Under the pieces are notes generated by a model. It saw only the letters and a list, made by a program, of their open reading frames with translations, was not told the DNA's origin and made no database searches. A program made the translations under genes and the position numbers. 64,000 nt of DNA from the human T2T-CHM13v2.0 reference genome, Homo sapiens. This document shows positions 27,052 to 55,847 of this stretch, piece by piece. Position 1 is the stretch's first letter, and every line of letters begins with the position of its first letter. The stretch is taken from the NCBI RefSeq assembly GCF_009914755.1, contig NC_060931.1; one strand, written 5' to 3'.

Positions 27052-28925
27052 TGCCTTAGTCTATTCTCACACTGCTTTAAAGACATACTCAAGACTGAGT
27101 AATTTATAAAAAAAAAAAAAGAGAGATTTAATTGACTCACAGTTCCTCATGGTGGGGGAGACCTCAGGAAACTTACAATCATGTTAGAAGGGGAAGCAGG
27201 CACATCTTACATGGCAGCAGGCAAGAGAGAGCATGTGTCAGCACAGGAAAAACTAACATTTATAAAACCATCAGATCTTGAGAGAATTCACTCATTATCA
27301 TGGGAACAGCATAATAATCAACCTCATAATTCACCTTCATAATCCAATCACTTCCCACAAGCTCTCTCCCTACCTGGGGATTACAATTCTAGATGAGATA
27401 TGGGTCGGGACACAAAGCCTAACCATATCATTTCACCTTGGCCTCTCCCCTCTCAAATCCCATGTTCTCACATTTCAAAATCAATCATGCCTTCCCAACA
27501 GTCCCCCGAAGTCTTGACTCATTTTAGCATTAACTAAATAGTCCAAGTCCAAAGTCTTATGTGAGACAAGGCCCAGGAGCCTGTAAAATCAGACTCAGTT
27601 TATTTACTTCCAAGATACAATGGAGGTACAGACATTGGATAAATGCTTCAATTCCAAATGGGAGAAATTGGCCAAAACAAAGGGGTTACAGGCCTCATGC
27701 AAGTCCAATATCCAACAGGGCAGTCATTAAATCCTAAAGCTCCAAAATAATCTCCTTTGACTCCATGTCTCACATCCAGGGAATGGTGATGCAAAAAGTG
27801 GGCTCCTATGGCCTTGGGGAGCTCTGCCTCTGTGGCTTTGCAGGGTACAGTCCCCCATTCCAGCTGCTTTCATGGCTGGCATTGAGTGTCTGTAGCTTTT
27901 CCAGGCACACAGTGCAAGCTGTTGGTGGATCTATCTTTCTGGGGTCTGAAGGATGGTGGCCTTCTTCTCATAGCCCCACTAGGCAGTGCCCCAGTGGGGA
28001 CTCTGTGTGGGAGCTCCAATCCCACATTTCCCCCTTGTACTGTCCTAGCAGAGGGTCTCCATGAGGGCTTCACCCCTGCAACAGACCTCTGCTGGACATC
28101 CAGGCATTTCCGTACTTCCTCTGAAATCTAGGTGGAGTTTTCCAAAACCTCAATTCTTGACTCCTGCAGGCCCAACACCATGTGGAAGCTGCCAAGGCTT
28201 GGGGCTTACATCCTCTGAAGCAACTGTGGGACTATATGTTGGCACCTTTAAGCCATGGCTGGGATACAGGGCACCAAATCTTGAGGCTGCACAGAGCAGG
28301 AGTGGGGACTGTGGGTCTGACCCATGAAACCATTTTTCCCTTCTAGGCCCCTGGGTCTGTGAAGGGAGGAGCTGCCATGAAAGTCTCTGACATGCCCTGG
28401 AGACATTTTCCCCATTGTCTTGGTTCTTAACATTGCTCCTCATTGCTTCTGCAAATTTTTGTCGCCAGCTTGAATTTCTCTCCAGAAAAATAGGTTATTT
28501 TTTTTCTATTGTATTGTCAGGCTGCAAATTTTCCAAACTTTAATGCTCTGCTTCCCTTTTAAACATAAGTTCCAATTTCATGTAATCTCTCTCAAGTTCA
28601 AAGTTCCACAGATCTCTAGGGCAGGGGCAAAATGTCCCACTCTCTTTGCTAAAGCATAGCAAGAGTGACCTTTGCTCCAGTTCCCAAGAAGTTCCTCATC
28701 TCCATCTGATTCCACCTCAGCCTGGACTTCATTGTCCACATCATTATCAGCATTTTGGTCAAAACCATTCAACTAGTCTCTAGAAAGTTTCAAACTTTCC
28801 CACATATTCCTGTCTTCTTCCAAGTCCTCCAAACTGTTCCAACCTCTGCCTGTTACCCAGTTCCAAAGTCACTTCCATATTTTCAAGTATCTTTATAGCA
28901 GTATCCCACTCCTGGTACCAAAATC
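27052..28925 (-). mobile_element. THE1D/MSTA-type MaLR: 3' LTR (27052-27430) plus internal region (27431-28925)
   Basis: LTR reads tgccttagtc...gggacacaaagcctaaccatatca; the ~1.5-kb internal region is homologous (antisense) to the MST internal region at 24829-26484. Confidence 0.9.
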
Positions 28926-29542
28926 TGTTTTAGTCAGGGTTCTCTAGAGGGCCAAAACTAATACAATATATGTATATATGAAAGGGAGTTTATTAAGGAT
29001 AATTGACTCACATGATCACAAGGTGAAGTCCCACAATAGACCGTCTGCAAGTTGAGGGGCAAGGAAGCCGGTAGTGGCTCAGTCCAAGATCGAAAACTTC
29101 GAAAGTAGGGAAGTCAACAGTGCAGCCTTCATTCTGTGGCCAAGGCTTGAGAGCTTGTGGCAAACCATTAGTGTAAGTCCAAGAGTCCAAAGTCATCTCT
29201 CTCCAATGCTGGATGCCTCCTGTCCTCAGACATAAGACTCCGAGTTCTGATGTTTGAGGGGAGGAAGCATCCATCATGGGTGGAAGATGAAGACTGGAAG
29301 ACTCATCAAGTCAACTTTTTCCATTTTCTTCTGCTTGCTTTTTCTAGCCATGCTGGCAGCTGATTGGCTGGTGCCTGTCCACAGTGTGGGTGGATCTTGC
29401 TGAGGGTGAGTCTTCTTCTCCCAGTCCACTGACTCAAATGTTAACCTCTTCTGGAAACACCCAGAAACATCCAGATACACTCAGAAACAATACTTTGCAT
29501 CCTTCAATCCAATCAAGTTGACACTTAATATTAACCATCACA
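28926..29542 (-). mobile_element. ERV-L LTR (MLT2A/B-like) in the 5' LTR position of the MaLR element
   Basis: tgttttagtcagggttctctagaggg...atcaagttgacacttaatattaaccatcaca match the MLT2 termini. Confidence 0.85.
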
Positions 29543-31959
29543 GTGCTCTTTATATATCCTGGATATTAATGCTTTATCAGATATATTATTTGCAAACATT
29601 TTCTCTGATTCTGTGGATTGTCTTTTCACTCTCTTGATTATGTTCTTAGATTCCCATAAGTTTTTAATTTTGGCAATGCCCAATTTATCTATTTTTTCTT
29701 TTGTTGCCTATACTTTTGGTATCATACTTAATTAACCATTGCTAAACCCAAGGTAATGAAGATTTTCCCTTATGTTTTCATTTAACAGTTTTGGCTCTTA
29801 AATTTAGATCTTTATCCATTTATTTTGAGTTACATTTTGTATAGGGTGTAAAGTAAAGGTCTAACTTCATTCTTTTGCATATGAGCATCCAGTTTTCTCA
29901 ACATTGTTTGTTGAAAAGACTGACTTTTCCCCACTGAACGACCTTCACAGCCTTGTCAAAAATAAATTGGCCATATATGTGAGGGTTTATGTCTGGCTCT
30001 GTATTCCATTCATTGGTCTATATATCCATCTTTGTGCCAGCACTACATTGTTTTGATTACCATAGCTTTGTAGATTTGAATTTTAGAAATGTGAGACTTC
30101 CAGCTTACTTCCAGTTTTGGCTTTGTTACAAGATTGTTTTTACTTTTTGGGGTCTGTTGAAACTCCATATAAATTTTTGTATGGAGTTTTCTATATCTGA
30201 AAACAATGGCAATAAAATTTTTTACAGATATTGCATTGAATCCATATATTACTTTGGGTGATATTGTCCTCTTAACAATATTATGTCATCCAGTCCATGA
30301 ACAGGGGATACATTTCCCTTGCTTTAGATCTCTAATTTCTTTCAGCAGTTGTGTAGTTTGCTATGTAAAAGTATTTCACTTCTTTGATTAAATTTATTCC
30401 AAACTATTTTATTCTTTTTGATGCTACTGTAAACAGAATAGTTTTCTTAATTTGCTTTTCAGAGCACTCATTGTTAATGTACAGTAATAGAACTAAAGTT
30501 TGCATGTTAATTTTGTATTCTTAAACTTTTCTGAATTTGTTTTTTAATGAATAAAAAGAAATATTATAGTCTAAATTTTATCCTCAGCAACCACAAAAAT
30601 GATTTTGAATTCTGAAAAAACAAAAAAAGCTTTAAGATAGTCCAAGTTTTTATTTCACACAGACATAGTTGGCATTTACATAGCAAATGCTTGGGGAGTA
30701 CAGCACTAGCCAAGGAAGTTTACACGATTTACATAGTAGTTGGTGTTCTGCACCACTCCTACCCTTTTTGTTATCACGGGTGCTTAACATGTATGGTTTC
30801 CAACTCCCTGCTTGGCTCAGCTCCTTTCCGGAGAGACTATTTTATTTGTTACTTAGTCTGGGTGCCTGAGTCGTCATAGTACTTGTCTGGTATTAGAATT
30901 TCAATATCATTACCAAAATAAAGCCATCTAGACAAAATTTTAAAGTTAAATTCTAGTATAAGAAATTTCAAATACTTTTTCCAAGACACTTTTGTCAAAA
31001 AGAAGCAGTAAGACGTGACATAACAGCAAACATATGTGCTTTATGTGCCCGTGACTAGTTGATTAACACCTTTATATGAATCAATGTATTTCATCCCCAC
31101 ATAGAACCTTTTAGATTATCTTATTATCCGCATTTTAGAGAAGGAAAAACTGAAGCACAGAGTGATTAAGATAGTAATAGGCAGATGCAGGATTTGAACT
31201 AATGCAGATAAGTGTATGGCCCTGAATTTTTTTATTAATTCTAACAGTTTTTTTTGTGGATTCTTTAGGGTTTTCTACATATAAGATCATGTCATTTGCA
31301 AACAAATAATTTTATTTTTTCCTTTCTAATTTGGATGTTTTTTATTTCTTTTTTTTTTTTTTTGCCTAATTACTCTGGCTAGTACTTCTAATACTATGTT
31401 GAATAAAAGTGGTGAAAGCAAGAAGTCTGTCTTGTTCCTGATCTCGGTGAGGGCAGGGGGGATTTTCAGTCTTTCACTGAGTGTAACTGAGTGCAAACTG
31501 TGGGTTTTTTTTTTTTTTTTCATATATGGCCTTCATTATGTTAGGGAAGTACCCTTCTATTCCTAATATACTGAGTGTTTTTAATCTTGAAATGGTGTTG
31601 GATTTTGTCACATACTTAATCTGCATCATTTGAGATTATCTTTTTCAAAAAATTTATTCTATTAACATGGTGTATTACACTGATTAATTTTCAAATATTG
31701 AGCTACCCTTGAATTGTTGGGATAAATTCCACTTGGCCATGTTGTATAATCCTCTTAATATGTGGTTACATTTGTTTTGCTAGTATTTTGTTGAGTATTT
31801 TAACATCTATATTAATAAAGATCAATTATCTTCTAAACAGTGTAAAATGAGAAAGAAGACCTTTTATTTTCAGTTTTATTCACATTTCTAGTCTCTGCTT
31901 CCCTTCCCTTCTCTTCCCTCATCTCCCCTCCCCTCACCTCCTCTCCTCTTTTGTTTTTT

Positions 31960-32279
31960 CCTTTTCTTTTCTTTTTGAGATGGGGTCTCACTCTGTCACC
32001 CAGGCTGGAGTGCAGTAGCACAATCATAGCTCACTGCAGCCTTGGACTCTTGGGCTCAAGCAATCTTCATGCCTTAGCCTCTTCAGTAGCTGGGACTACA
32101 GATGCGTGCCACCATACCTGGCTAATTAATACTTTTCTTTCTTTTTTTTTTTTTTTTGGTAGAGAAGGGGGTCTCACTTACATTTCCGGGGCTGGTCTTG
32201 AGCTCCTGGCCTCAAGCAATCTTCCCTTTTCAGCCTCCCAAAGTACTGGGATTACAGGCATGAGCTACTGTGCCTGGCC
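31960..32279 (-). mobile_element. AluJ with pyrimidine-rich degenerate tail
   Basis: cacaatcatagctcactgcagccttggactcttgggctcaagcaatc. Confidence 0.9.
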
Positions 32280-33990
32280 ATTTTTCATTCTTTAGTGTAG
32301 TTCCAAATTTTCATTTGTTCTCATTTTCCTTTTGGCTTGAAAAAGTTCCTTAGGCATTTCCTGTAGTGCAGCTCTGCTGAAAATGAATTATCTCATCTTT
32401 GATTTCTCTTTAAAGTCTTTGCCCCCATATTTGAAAGATATTTTCATTAATAAATAGATGCAGTTTGAAAGTTTTTTTCTGTCAGTGCTTTAAAAATATC
32501 TCTCCACTGTCTTCTGATTTGCATAGTTTCTGATGAGAATCTGTGGTCATTCTTATTTTTGTTCCGCTGTACACAATTTGTCTTTTCCCCTTTGGTGGCT
32601 GATAAGATTTTCTCTTCATTACTGTTTTCAGTAATTTATAATAATTATCATGTGCCTTGGAGTGTTTTTAGTTTATTGCTTATATTGTTCATTGAACTCC
32701 TTGAATCCTTGATATATATTTTTTTATCAACTTTGGTAAAGGTCAGCCATTTTGTTATTCAAATATTTTTCTGAACCTCCCTTCCTTCTGTGACTTTAGT
32801 TCCATATATATTAGACCCCTTGATATTGTTCCATAATTAATTTACACTCTGTTATTTTTTAAAAGTTTTTTTCCAGTTTTTACCCAGTCTTTTCTTCCTC
32901 TTTGCATTTCATTCTGCATAGTTTAAATGAGTCGTCTTCAAGCTCATTGCTCTTCATTCTGCAGTGTCTAATCTGCTATTAGTTGCAACCAGTGTATTAT
33001 TTTTTTCATTTCAGATATTGTATGTTTTATTTTAATAAATTGAATTTTGGTCTTTTAAAAATATCTTCCTTCTCTATTTACTATGACCACGTTTTACTCT
33101 TTGTAAAACATATGAGGCTTATTTGTAATAATTGTTTTAACATCTGCGGCTGCTAATTTCACCATCTTTGTCAGACCTGGGTCTGTTTCTATTGATTTAT
33201 TTTTCCCTTGGTTATGAGTTATCGTTTTTTACTTCCTTGCCTGCTTGATAAATTTTTTATTGGATGTCAGACGTTGTGAATTTTACATCGTTGATTTCTA
33301 TATTTTATTTTGTTTATTTAAGTGGTGTTGGATTTTTTTTTTCAGTGAAGTTATATTTTGGATCTTTTTAAGGTTTGCACTTAAGCTTTGTTAGAATGGG
33401 TCCAGAGCAACCTTACGCTAAGGTTAATTTCATCACACTACTAAGTCATTACTATTATACATTCATGCCCTGTGTGTTACACGTCTTATTTTTTCCACTT
33501 GGGCTAATGATACCACAGACTATTTTTAATCCTATGTGAGTTTTGTGCATTTTCTGCCTACTCCATTCCTGTTATTCTTTCTCCAGCCTTAGTTTCTTCT
33601 CACACATTCTCAGATAGGTATCCAGCCAAAGACTGCAAGGTGAAAACATTGGGAGGACCTGTTTTCACAATTGTGGAACTCTGTCTCTGTGTCATGGTTC
33701 TCTCTCTAGTGCTCCGCTTCAAAAATTTCACCAAGCTTGACTTTCTCAGTCACTAATCTTTATTTCCTTTACTTATAAAAATCACCAGACTATGTTTGGG
33801 TTTCTCTTCTTGAGCTGTGGCCTGGAAATTGCCTCTAGGGAAAAACAAAGAACAAAAAACTGGCTTGTAGGGATCAGCTTGTCTACTAATGTCTAAAAGT
33901 AAAAGGTTTTGTATATTTTGGTTGAAATTTTTGTTGTTAAGGTAGGAGGGTAACAGTTCCTGTTACTCCATCTTGGCTGGAAGCAGTTCC
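32280..33990 (-). mobile_element. Ancient L1M fragment(s)
   Basis: T-rich antisense L1 5'/ORF1-region-like sequence (tttctgatgagaatctgtggtcattct, gtgtctaatctgctatt, ttcatttcagatattgta). Confidence 0.6.
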
Positions 33991-34161
33991 TCAATATATA
34001 TTTTTAAGACATCTCCATGTTGATGTGAGGGGTCTCCAGAAAGCTCATGGAAAATAAATATTATGAAAAAACTATGCATAGGTTTCAAAATTTTTTAGCA
34101 CTGAAAAAACTGGTACTAACTTATTGTAATGTGTCTGAACAGGATCTAGTTGGAGGCACTA

Positions 34162-34511
<350 letters not shown>

Positions 34512-34707
34512 TCAGAGCAAAATAAATTATGCTTTAATTGCAGCAAGAACTGATATCAAATTATGATGAAGCTTGGGTGGAAGAATGGTGAAATAATTGA
34601 TACTTTATGAAAAGTTTAAGGAGACAATGCCCCAAATAAATTAGCAGTTTACAAGTGGATAATTCCTTTTAAGAAAGGATGAGATGACGTTAAAGATAAA
34701 GCCTCTA

Positions 34708-34991
<284 letters not shown>

Positions 34992-36401
34992 TCAATTTGT
35001 GAGGAAAAGAATTAATTTGGTCATTCCCTAATTGAAGAGGACTGATGATTAATGGCAGAAACAATAGCCAACACCATAGACATCTCAATCAGTTCACTCT
35101 ACACAATTCCAGCAGAAAAATTAAAGTTGGGCAAACTTCCCAACTGATGGTTGCCAAAAGCATTGCACCCAGATCAACTGGAGACACGAGCAGAGATTTC
35201 AGCAGAAATTTTAAACAAGTAGGTCAAGATCCTGAAACATTTCTTCAAAGATTTGTAAGAGAAGATGAAGGATGGCTTTGCCAGTACAATGTTGAAGACA
35301 AAGCATGATCAAAGCAATGACTACAAAGAGGTAGAAGTGGTCCTGTCAAAGCAAAAGCAGACCGGTCAAGAGCAAAATTCATGATGAAAACAGTTTTGGG
35401 GATGCTTGAGGTATTTTGCAGGTTGACTTTCTGGGGAGCCAAAGAACGATAACATCTGCTTATTGTGAAAATGTTTTGAGATAGCCAAAGCTTTAGCAGA
35501 AAAATGCCCAGGAAACCTTCACTAGAGAATCCTTCTCCACCACCACAATACTCCTGTTCATTCTTCTCATCAAACAAGGCCAGTTTTGCGAGAGTTTTGA
35601 TAGGAAATCATTACACATCCACCTCACAGCCATGATTTGGCTTTTCATGATGTCTTTTTGTTTTCTAATCTTAAAAAATCTTTTAAGGGCACTCATTTTT
35701 CTTTAGGTAGTAATGTAAAAAAGACTGCATTGACATGGCTAAATTCCCAGGACTCTCAGTGTTTTAGGGATGGATTACGTGGTTGGTATCATTGCTTACA
35801 AAAGTGTCTTGAAAGCTTATGTTGAGAAATAAAGTTTATATTTTTTATTTTTTAATTCCATATTTCCATGAACTTTGTGAAATCCTCTTGTACAAATAGA
35901 TTTAGTTCATACCTTTTAACCGCTCAGTAGTATTCCATTGTATGAATAGATCACATTTTGTTTAGCTATTCCTTTCTCATTGGACAATTGTGTTGTTTTC
36001 TGGTTTTTACTACATGTTATAAACAACACTGAACTCAGAACGCAAATACCCAGAACTGGAATTTCTGGCTTATAGGGTATGTTCATTCTTAAATTCATTA
36101 GATAATATCAAATTGTTTTTCAAAGTGGTTATACAAAATTCACTCTCATCTGCCATTTATGAATGCTCCCATTTCTTTACATTATCTTCCAGACACTGTG
36201 TTATCAGACATTAAAGTTTTAGGCAATGTATTAGGTGAAAATGGGTAGCTTATTATTATTTTTATTTTCATATTCTTTAGTATTAGGAATGTTAAACATT
36301 TCTTCATCTGTTTATTGGCCTGTATATTTCACTTCTTTTCTGAATTGTCTATTTGTATCATTTGCTCACTTTTCTGAGTTATTTTTATCTTTCTTACTGA
36401 T

Positions 36402-36693
<292 letters not shown>

Positions 36694-37227
36694 TGATTTT
36701 TAGATATTTTTAAAATACATTTTTGATACTACAGATTTGTTTGTCAGGATTGGTTGCAAATATTTCTTTCAGTTTGTAGCAGAAAAATGCTTTTAGTTTT
36801 CATCTATGGCATCCTCTCTTGAACATACATTTTAAAATGTTAATGTGGTCACACTTGATTTTTTTCTTTACGATTTTTATTTTATATGACACTCTCCTTT
36901 ATTCTAAGGCCATAAACATGAATTTCTATTTTTTGAAGCATTTTTATGATTTTGTTGTTTTATAATTAGGATTTTTAACCTAGAATCTATATTTTGTAAA
37001 TGTGAGCTAGAGATTCAATCTTATTTTTTTGTACAAAGAATCAGCTGTTCCAATCTTACTTGCTGTTAGTCCATCTTTGTTACATGCTGTCATAAATGAT
37101 TGCCCACTGGATCTAGGCTCTGTATGAGGTTCTTTATAGTACACGGCTTTCCTTGTCCACTTATCCCACCAATCCTATAAGGAAGGTGTTAGTATCATCC
37201 CCACTTTTCAGATGGGAAAACGGAGGC

Positions 37228-37653
37228 TCATATGGTTTGAATGTTTTGTTCTCTCCAAATCTTATGTTGAAATAGACCTGCATTGTTGGAGGTGGGGCCT
37301 GGTGGGAGGTGTTTGCGTCATGGGGGTGGGTCCCTCATGAATGGCTTGGTGCCCTCCCCATGGTAATGAGTGAGTTCTCACTCTGCTAGTTCATGCAAGA
37401 GTTAGTAGTTTTAAAGAGCCAGCCAGACATCTCCCTTGCTCTCTTGCTCCCTCTCTCACCATGTGATACACCAGGGGTTCCCCCTTCACCTTCCAGCATG
37501 AATGGAAGCTTCTTGAGGCCCTCACCAGAAGCAGATGCCAGTGCCATGCTTCCTGTGCAGTCTGCAGAACTGTGAGCCGCAATAAACCTCTTTTTAAAAA
37601 TATAATACCAAGCCTTGGGTATTCCCTTATAGCAATACAAATGTACTAACACA
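37228..37653 (+). mobile_element. Solo MaLR LTR (MSTB-like) inserted into a MIR
   Basis: atatggtttgaatg...tactaacaca; flanks GAGGC/GAGGT; MIR core continues on both sides. Confidence 0.88.
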
Positions 37654-37810
37654 GAGGTTCAGAAAGGCTAAATGACTTGCCAAATGTATGACAGCTAGCA
37701 AGTGATGGAGGCAGAATTTGAATCCTGAGTGTATACAGAATTAGCTAGAGAAGACAGCTCCATGAAGAAACAGGCCTGCAGGGATCCTTGGGGAACATGT
37801 ACAGTTAGAG

Positions 37811-38061
37811 CAGGGTTTCTCAGCCTTGGTCTTATTGATCTTTGAGACTGGATAATTCTTCATATGATCAAGGGTGGGGGCATCCTGTGCATTGTAGATG
37901 CTTAATAGCATCCCTGGTCTCTACTCATTCGATACCAGGAGCAACTCACCACCCCACTCCTCACCCTAACTCCTAGTTTTTATTTTGATAACAAAAAATG
38001 TCTCCAGACATTGCCAAATGTCCCCTAGGGAAGCAAAATTGCTCCAGGTTAGGAACCACTC
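37811..38061 (-). mobile_element. MER20 (hAT-Charlie) DNA transposon
   Basis: cagggtttctcagccttgg...aatgtctccagacattgccaaatgtcccct...aggaaccact. Confidence 0.88.
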
Positions 38062-39540
38062 GTTTAGACAGTAATAACTATTATTAATTATCACTATCAA
38101 CCTCAATAATTAGCCATCATTAATGCTAATGATATTGATGCTAATTATCAACAGTGATTAATCGTAAGACTTTTTTTTCCTGGTGCTGTTGCTTCTTTGT
38201 AGCTGAGGAACAGAAGGTTCTAGCTTTCCCTTCAAGTTATACCTTTTCAGCACTCTGCTTTTCCAACCCGTGAGCTCTCAGCCTGCCAAGAGAGGAGCTC
38301 TGCTCTCCCCTAAAAGTGTAAAAGTGTGCAGAGCTCTGTGTGGCATGCTGCTTGCACCCATTTCACAGTTAAGCTCATGAAAACACTTGCACAGGATAGG
38401 AGGGTTTTGGAGCTTGGGGTGGTTCATGTTTTTGTTTCGAAATATTTTTTTTTCAGTATTTTGTTGACAATGAAGAAAAATGGAAAAATAAACCCCTGCT
38501 GATGTCAAAATAAGCCCTAAATCCAGATGTAGCGGGGGCGAGGAGCCTTCAACATTCATGATGTGATCGGGCTGTAAACATGTCTGGTGTTCTAGCACGC
38601 AGCCCAGCAGCTTCTGTGAGTGGAGACGTGCACACAAACATCAGGACCTGTCGGCTACTGGGATATTCAGGTCTTTCAGAGGTGACATCTTTGACATTTC
38701 AAAGTGCTGTGCAAGATCCAGGGGCATTTAGAACACTGTCTTTAGCCTGGCCAATGGAGACCCTGCATTTTAAAGTCTAAAACTATAATAAAAGTGACCA
38801 GGCAATGAATGTTCAATATAGTTTGCTGTGTAAGTCTTCTCATTTCTGCTACCGATGAGAGTTGTCCTCCCCCTATTCAAGATGGCTTGACCCATGAATC
38901 CTTCACAAGGCTTCCAACCAACCTCATTTTCCCCTTTTGCCGTGAGAGTTTTGGAGAGATTTTGATAAGCCCCCATGTGAAATCCAGAGCCTTGATGCTT
39001 GCAGCTTCAGCTCACCATCCAGGCCAGCGTCCTTGCCCAGTAAAGGACCCAGGTCTTGCTGAAATGACACATTCCTGGCCAGCCCATGCCAGTGCTTACA
39101 GATCATACTTCCTTTCCTAAGACCATTCCAACCCTCCATCTCCACTAATACCATACCCTTCCCCTTCCCCACCAGTTCCACACAGCTCTGACCTCACTCT
39201 CCAGCCCTGTGGATGAGGCTAGGAGCACACATCAAATAACCTGGGAGCTTCCCAAGGGCAGGCCCAGGTCCCCTTCCTATTCTTTAAGATCCCATCAATC
39301 TGAGGGGTCACTCCAATGATGGCCACCAGAGACCTGGGCTTAGAGAAGAAAGTGGTAGAGAATATTGACCAAGTGACCTGTGGCTGTCACCTCTCTGGGC
39401 CCTTGCTATCAGGACAGACACACAAGCAGACTTATAGCCAGAGTAGAAGGCGATGAGGGTGGGGGCTCAGCCCCTGCCTGCTGGAAACAGAGTCCCACCT
39501 CAGGGTCAATGCTGAGCTGGGCAGGTGTCCTGCAATCCTG

Positions 39541-39552
39541 GTGAATATTCAG
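39541..39552. promoter_or_regulatory. GHRHR: POU1F1 (Pit-1) element of the GHRHR promoter (-171 to -160 from ATG)
   Basis: GTGAATATTCAG containing the palindrome TGAATATTCA; GHRHR is an established Pit-1 target. Confidence 0.75.
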
Positions 39553-39582
39553 CGGTCTGTGTCCCCTTGGCTAGCTCCTGCC

Positions 39583-39589
39583 TATGCAA
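39583..39589 (+). promoter_or_regulatory. GHRHR: POU1F1 (Pit-1) element TATGCAA (-129 to -123 from ATG)
   Basis: TATGCAA(A) POU motif; includes -124A (39588), site of a known promoter variant in GH deficiency. No TATA box nearby. Confidence 0.8.
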
Positions 39590-39711
39590 ACAGCCACCTG
39601 AGAAGGGGAAGCAGAGGGTGCGGTGGAAACGGCTGTGTCAGGGGACAGCAGGGGAAGGAAGATAGCCAAGGCTTACTGAGGCTGGTGGAGGGAGCCACTG
39701 CTGGGCTCACC

Positions 39712-54888
<15,177 letters not shown>

Positions 54889-55154
54889 GCTGCCTCATCA
54901 CGCCACTGGAGTCCACACTTGAATTTGGGCAGCTACCACGGGTCTGCCATGCTCTGGAGGAGCAAGGGGGCCACATCCCCACCCCAGCTGTTACCCAGCC
55001 CGGGGCAGGTGCAGCCCTTCCTCCCTGTCTCTGCATCTGACTCTCTTTTGAGGTCCCTGTATGTCTACCTCTGACTTCTGTGGTCCCTCTGTGTCTGCTC
55101 TCATCCATTCCTCTTACTGGGGCCTGGGGCTCTAGCCCAAGGCTCAGAGGAGCC

Positions 55155-55160
55155 AATAAA
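55155..55160 (+). terminator. GHRHR: GHRHR polyadenylation signal (3' UTR from 54889)
   Basis: AATAAA about 270 nt after the stop codon, with GU-rich sequence downstream. Confidence 0.85.
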
Positions 55161-55532
55161 CCTGTAAATGAATAGACGCATGTTTGAGTGAGTAAATGGG
55201 CCTTTAAAGGGGAGCGCACCTGCGTTCTTTATTTAGACGTCTGGTGCTGAGTTGCGTTCATCATTCCTCAGTTCATGCTACATTATGATTATTTATCTGT
55301 GCAAGGGGCCTCTTGTTTTATTTATTCTTAAAATGTACTCTCTTTTGCCTTCACCACTCCCATTCGCCTCCTCTCACAGGCAAAGAGAGCATGCTTAATG
55401 TGAATACTTGTGTTTCTGTGTGTCTTGCAAAATACGTGGTGTTTTGTGTGTCTGTACTTTAATTTACATAAATGCTGTTGGTCATATGCCTCATCCTGCT
55501 TCTAACGTTTCCCCCTCAGCACTGTGCTTTTA

Positions 55533-55847
<315 letters not shown>

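Larger units (their letters stand above)
23598..31820 (-). mobile_element. 5'-truncated L1 (L1MA-like) hosting three nested insertions
   Basis: Antisense L1 3' end at ~23600; TSD ATCAATTATCT at 23587-23597 and 31821-31831; L1 sequence resumes colinearly after each insert. Confidence 0.8.

Noticed and set aside
35045-35825. Possible active or domesticated mariner transposase
   Set aside because: Frameshifts, stops and an Alu insertion disrupt the coding region
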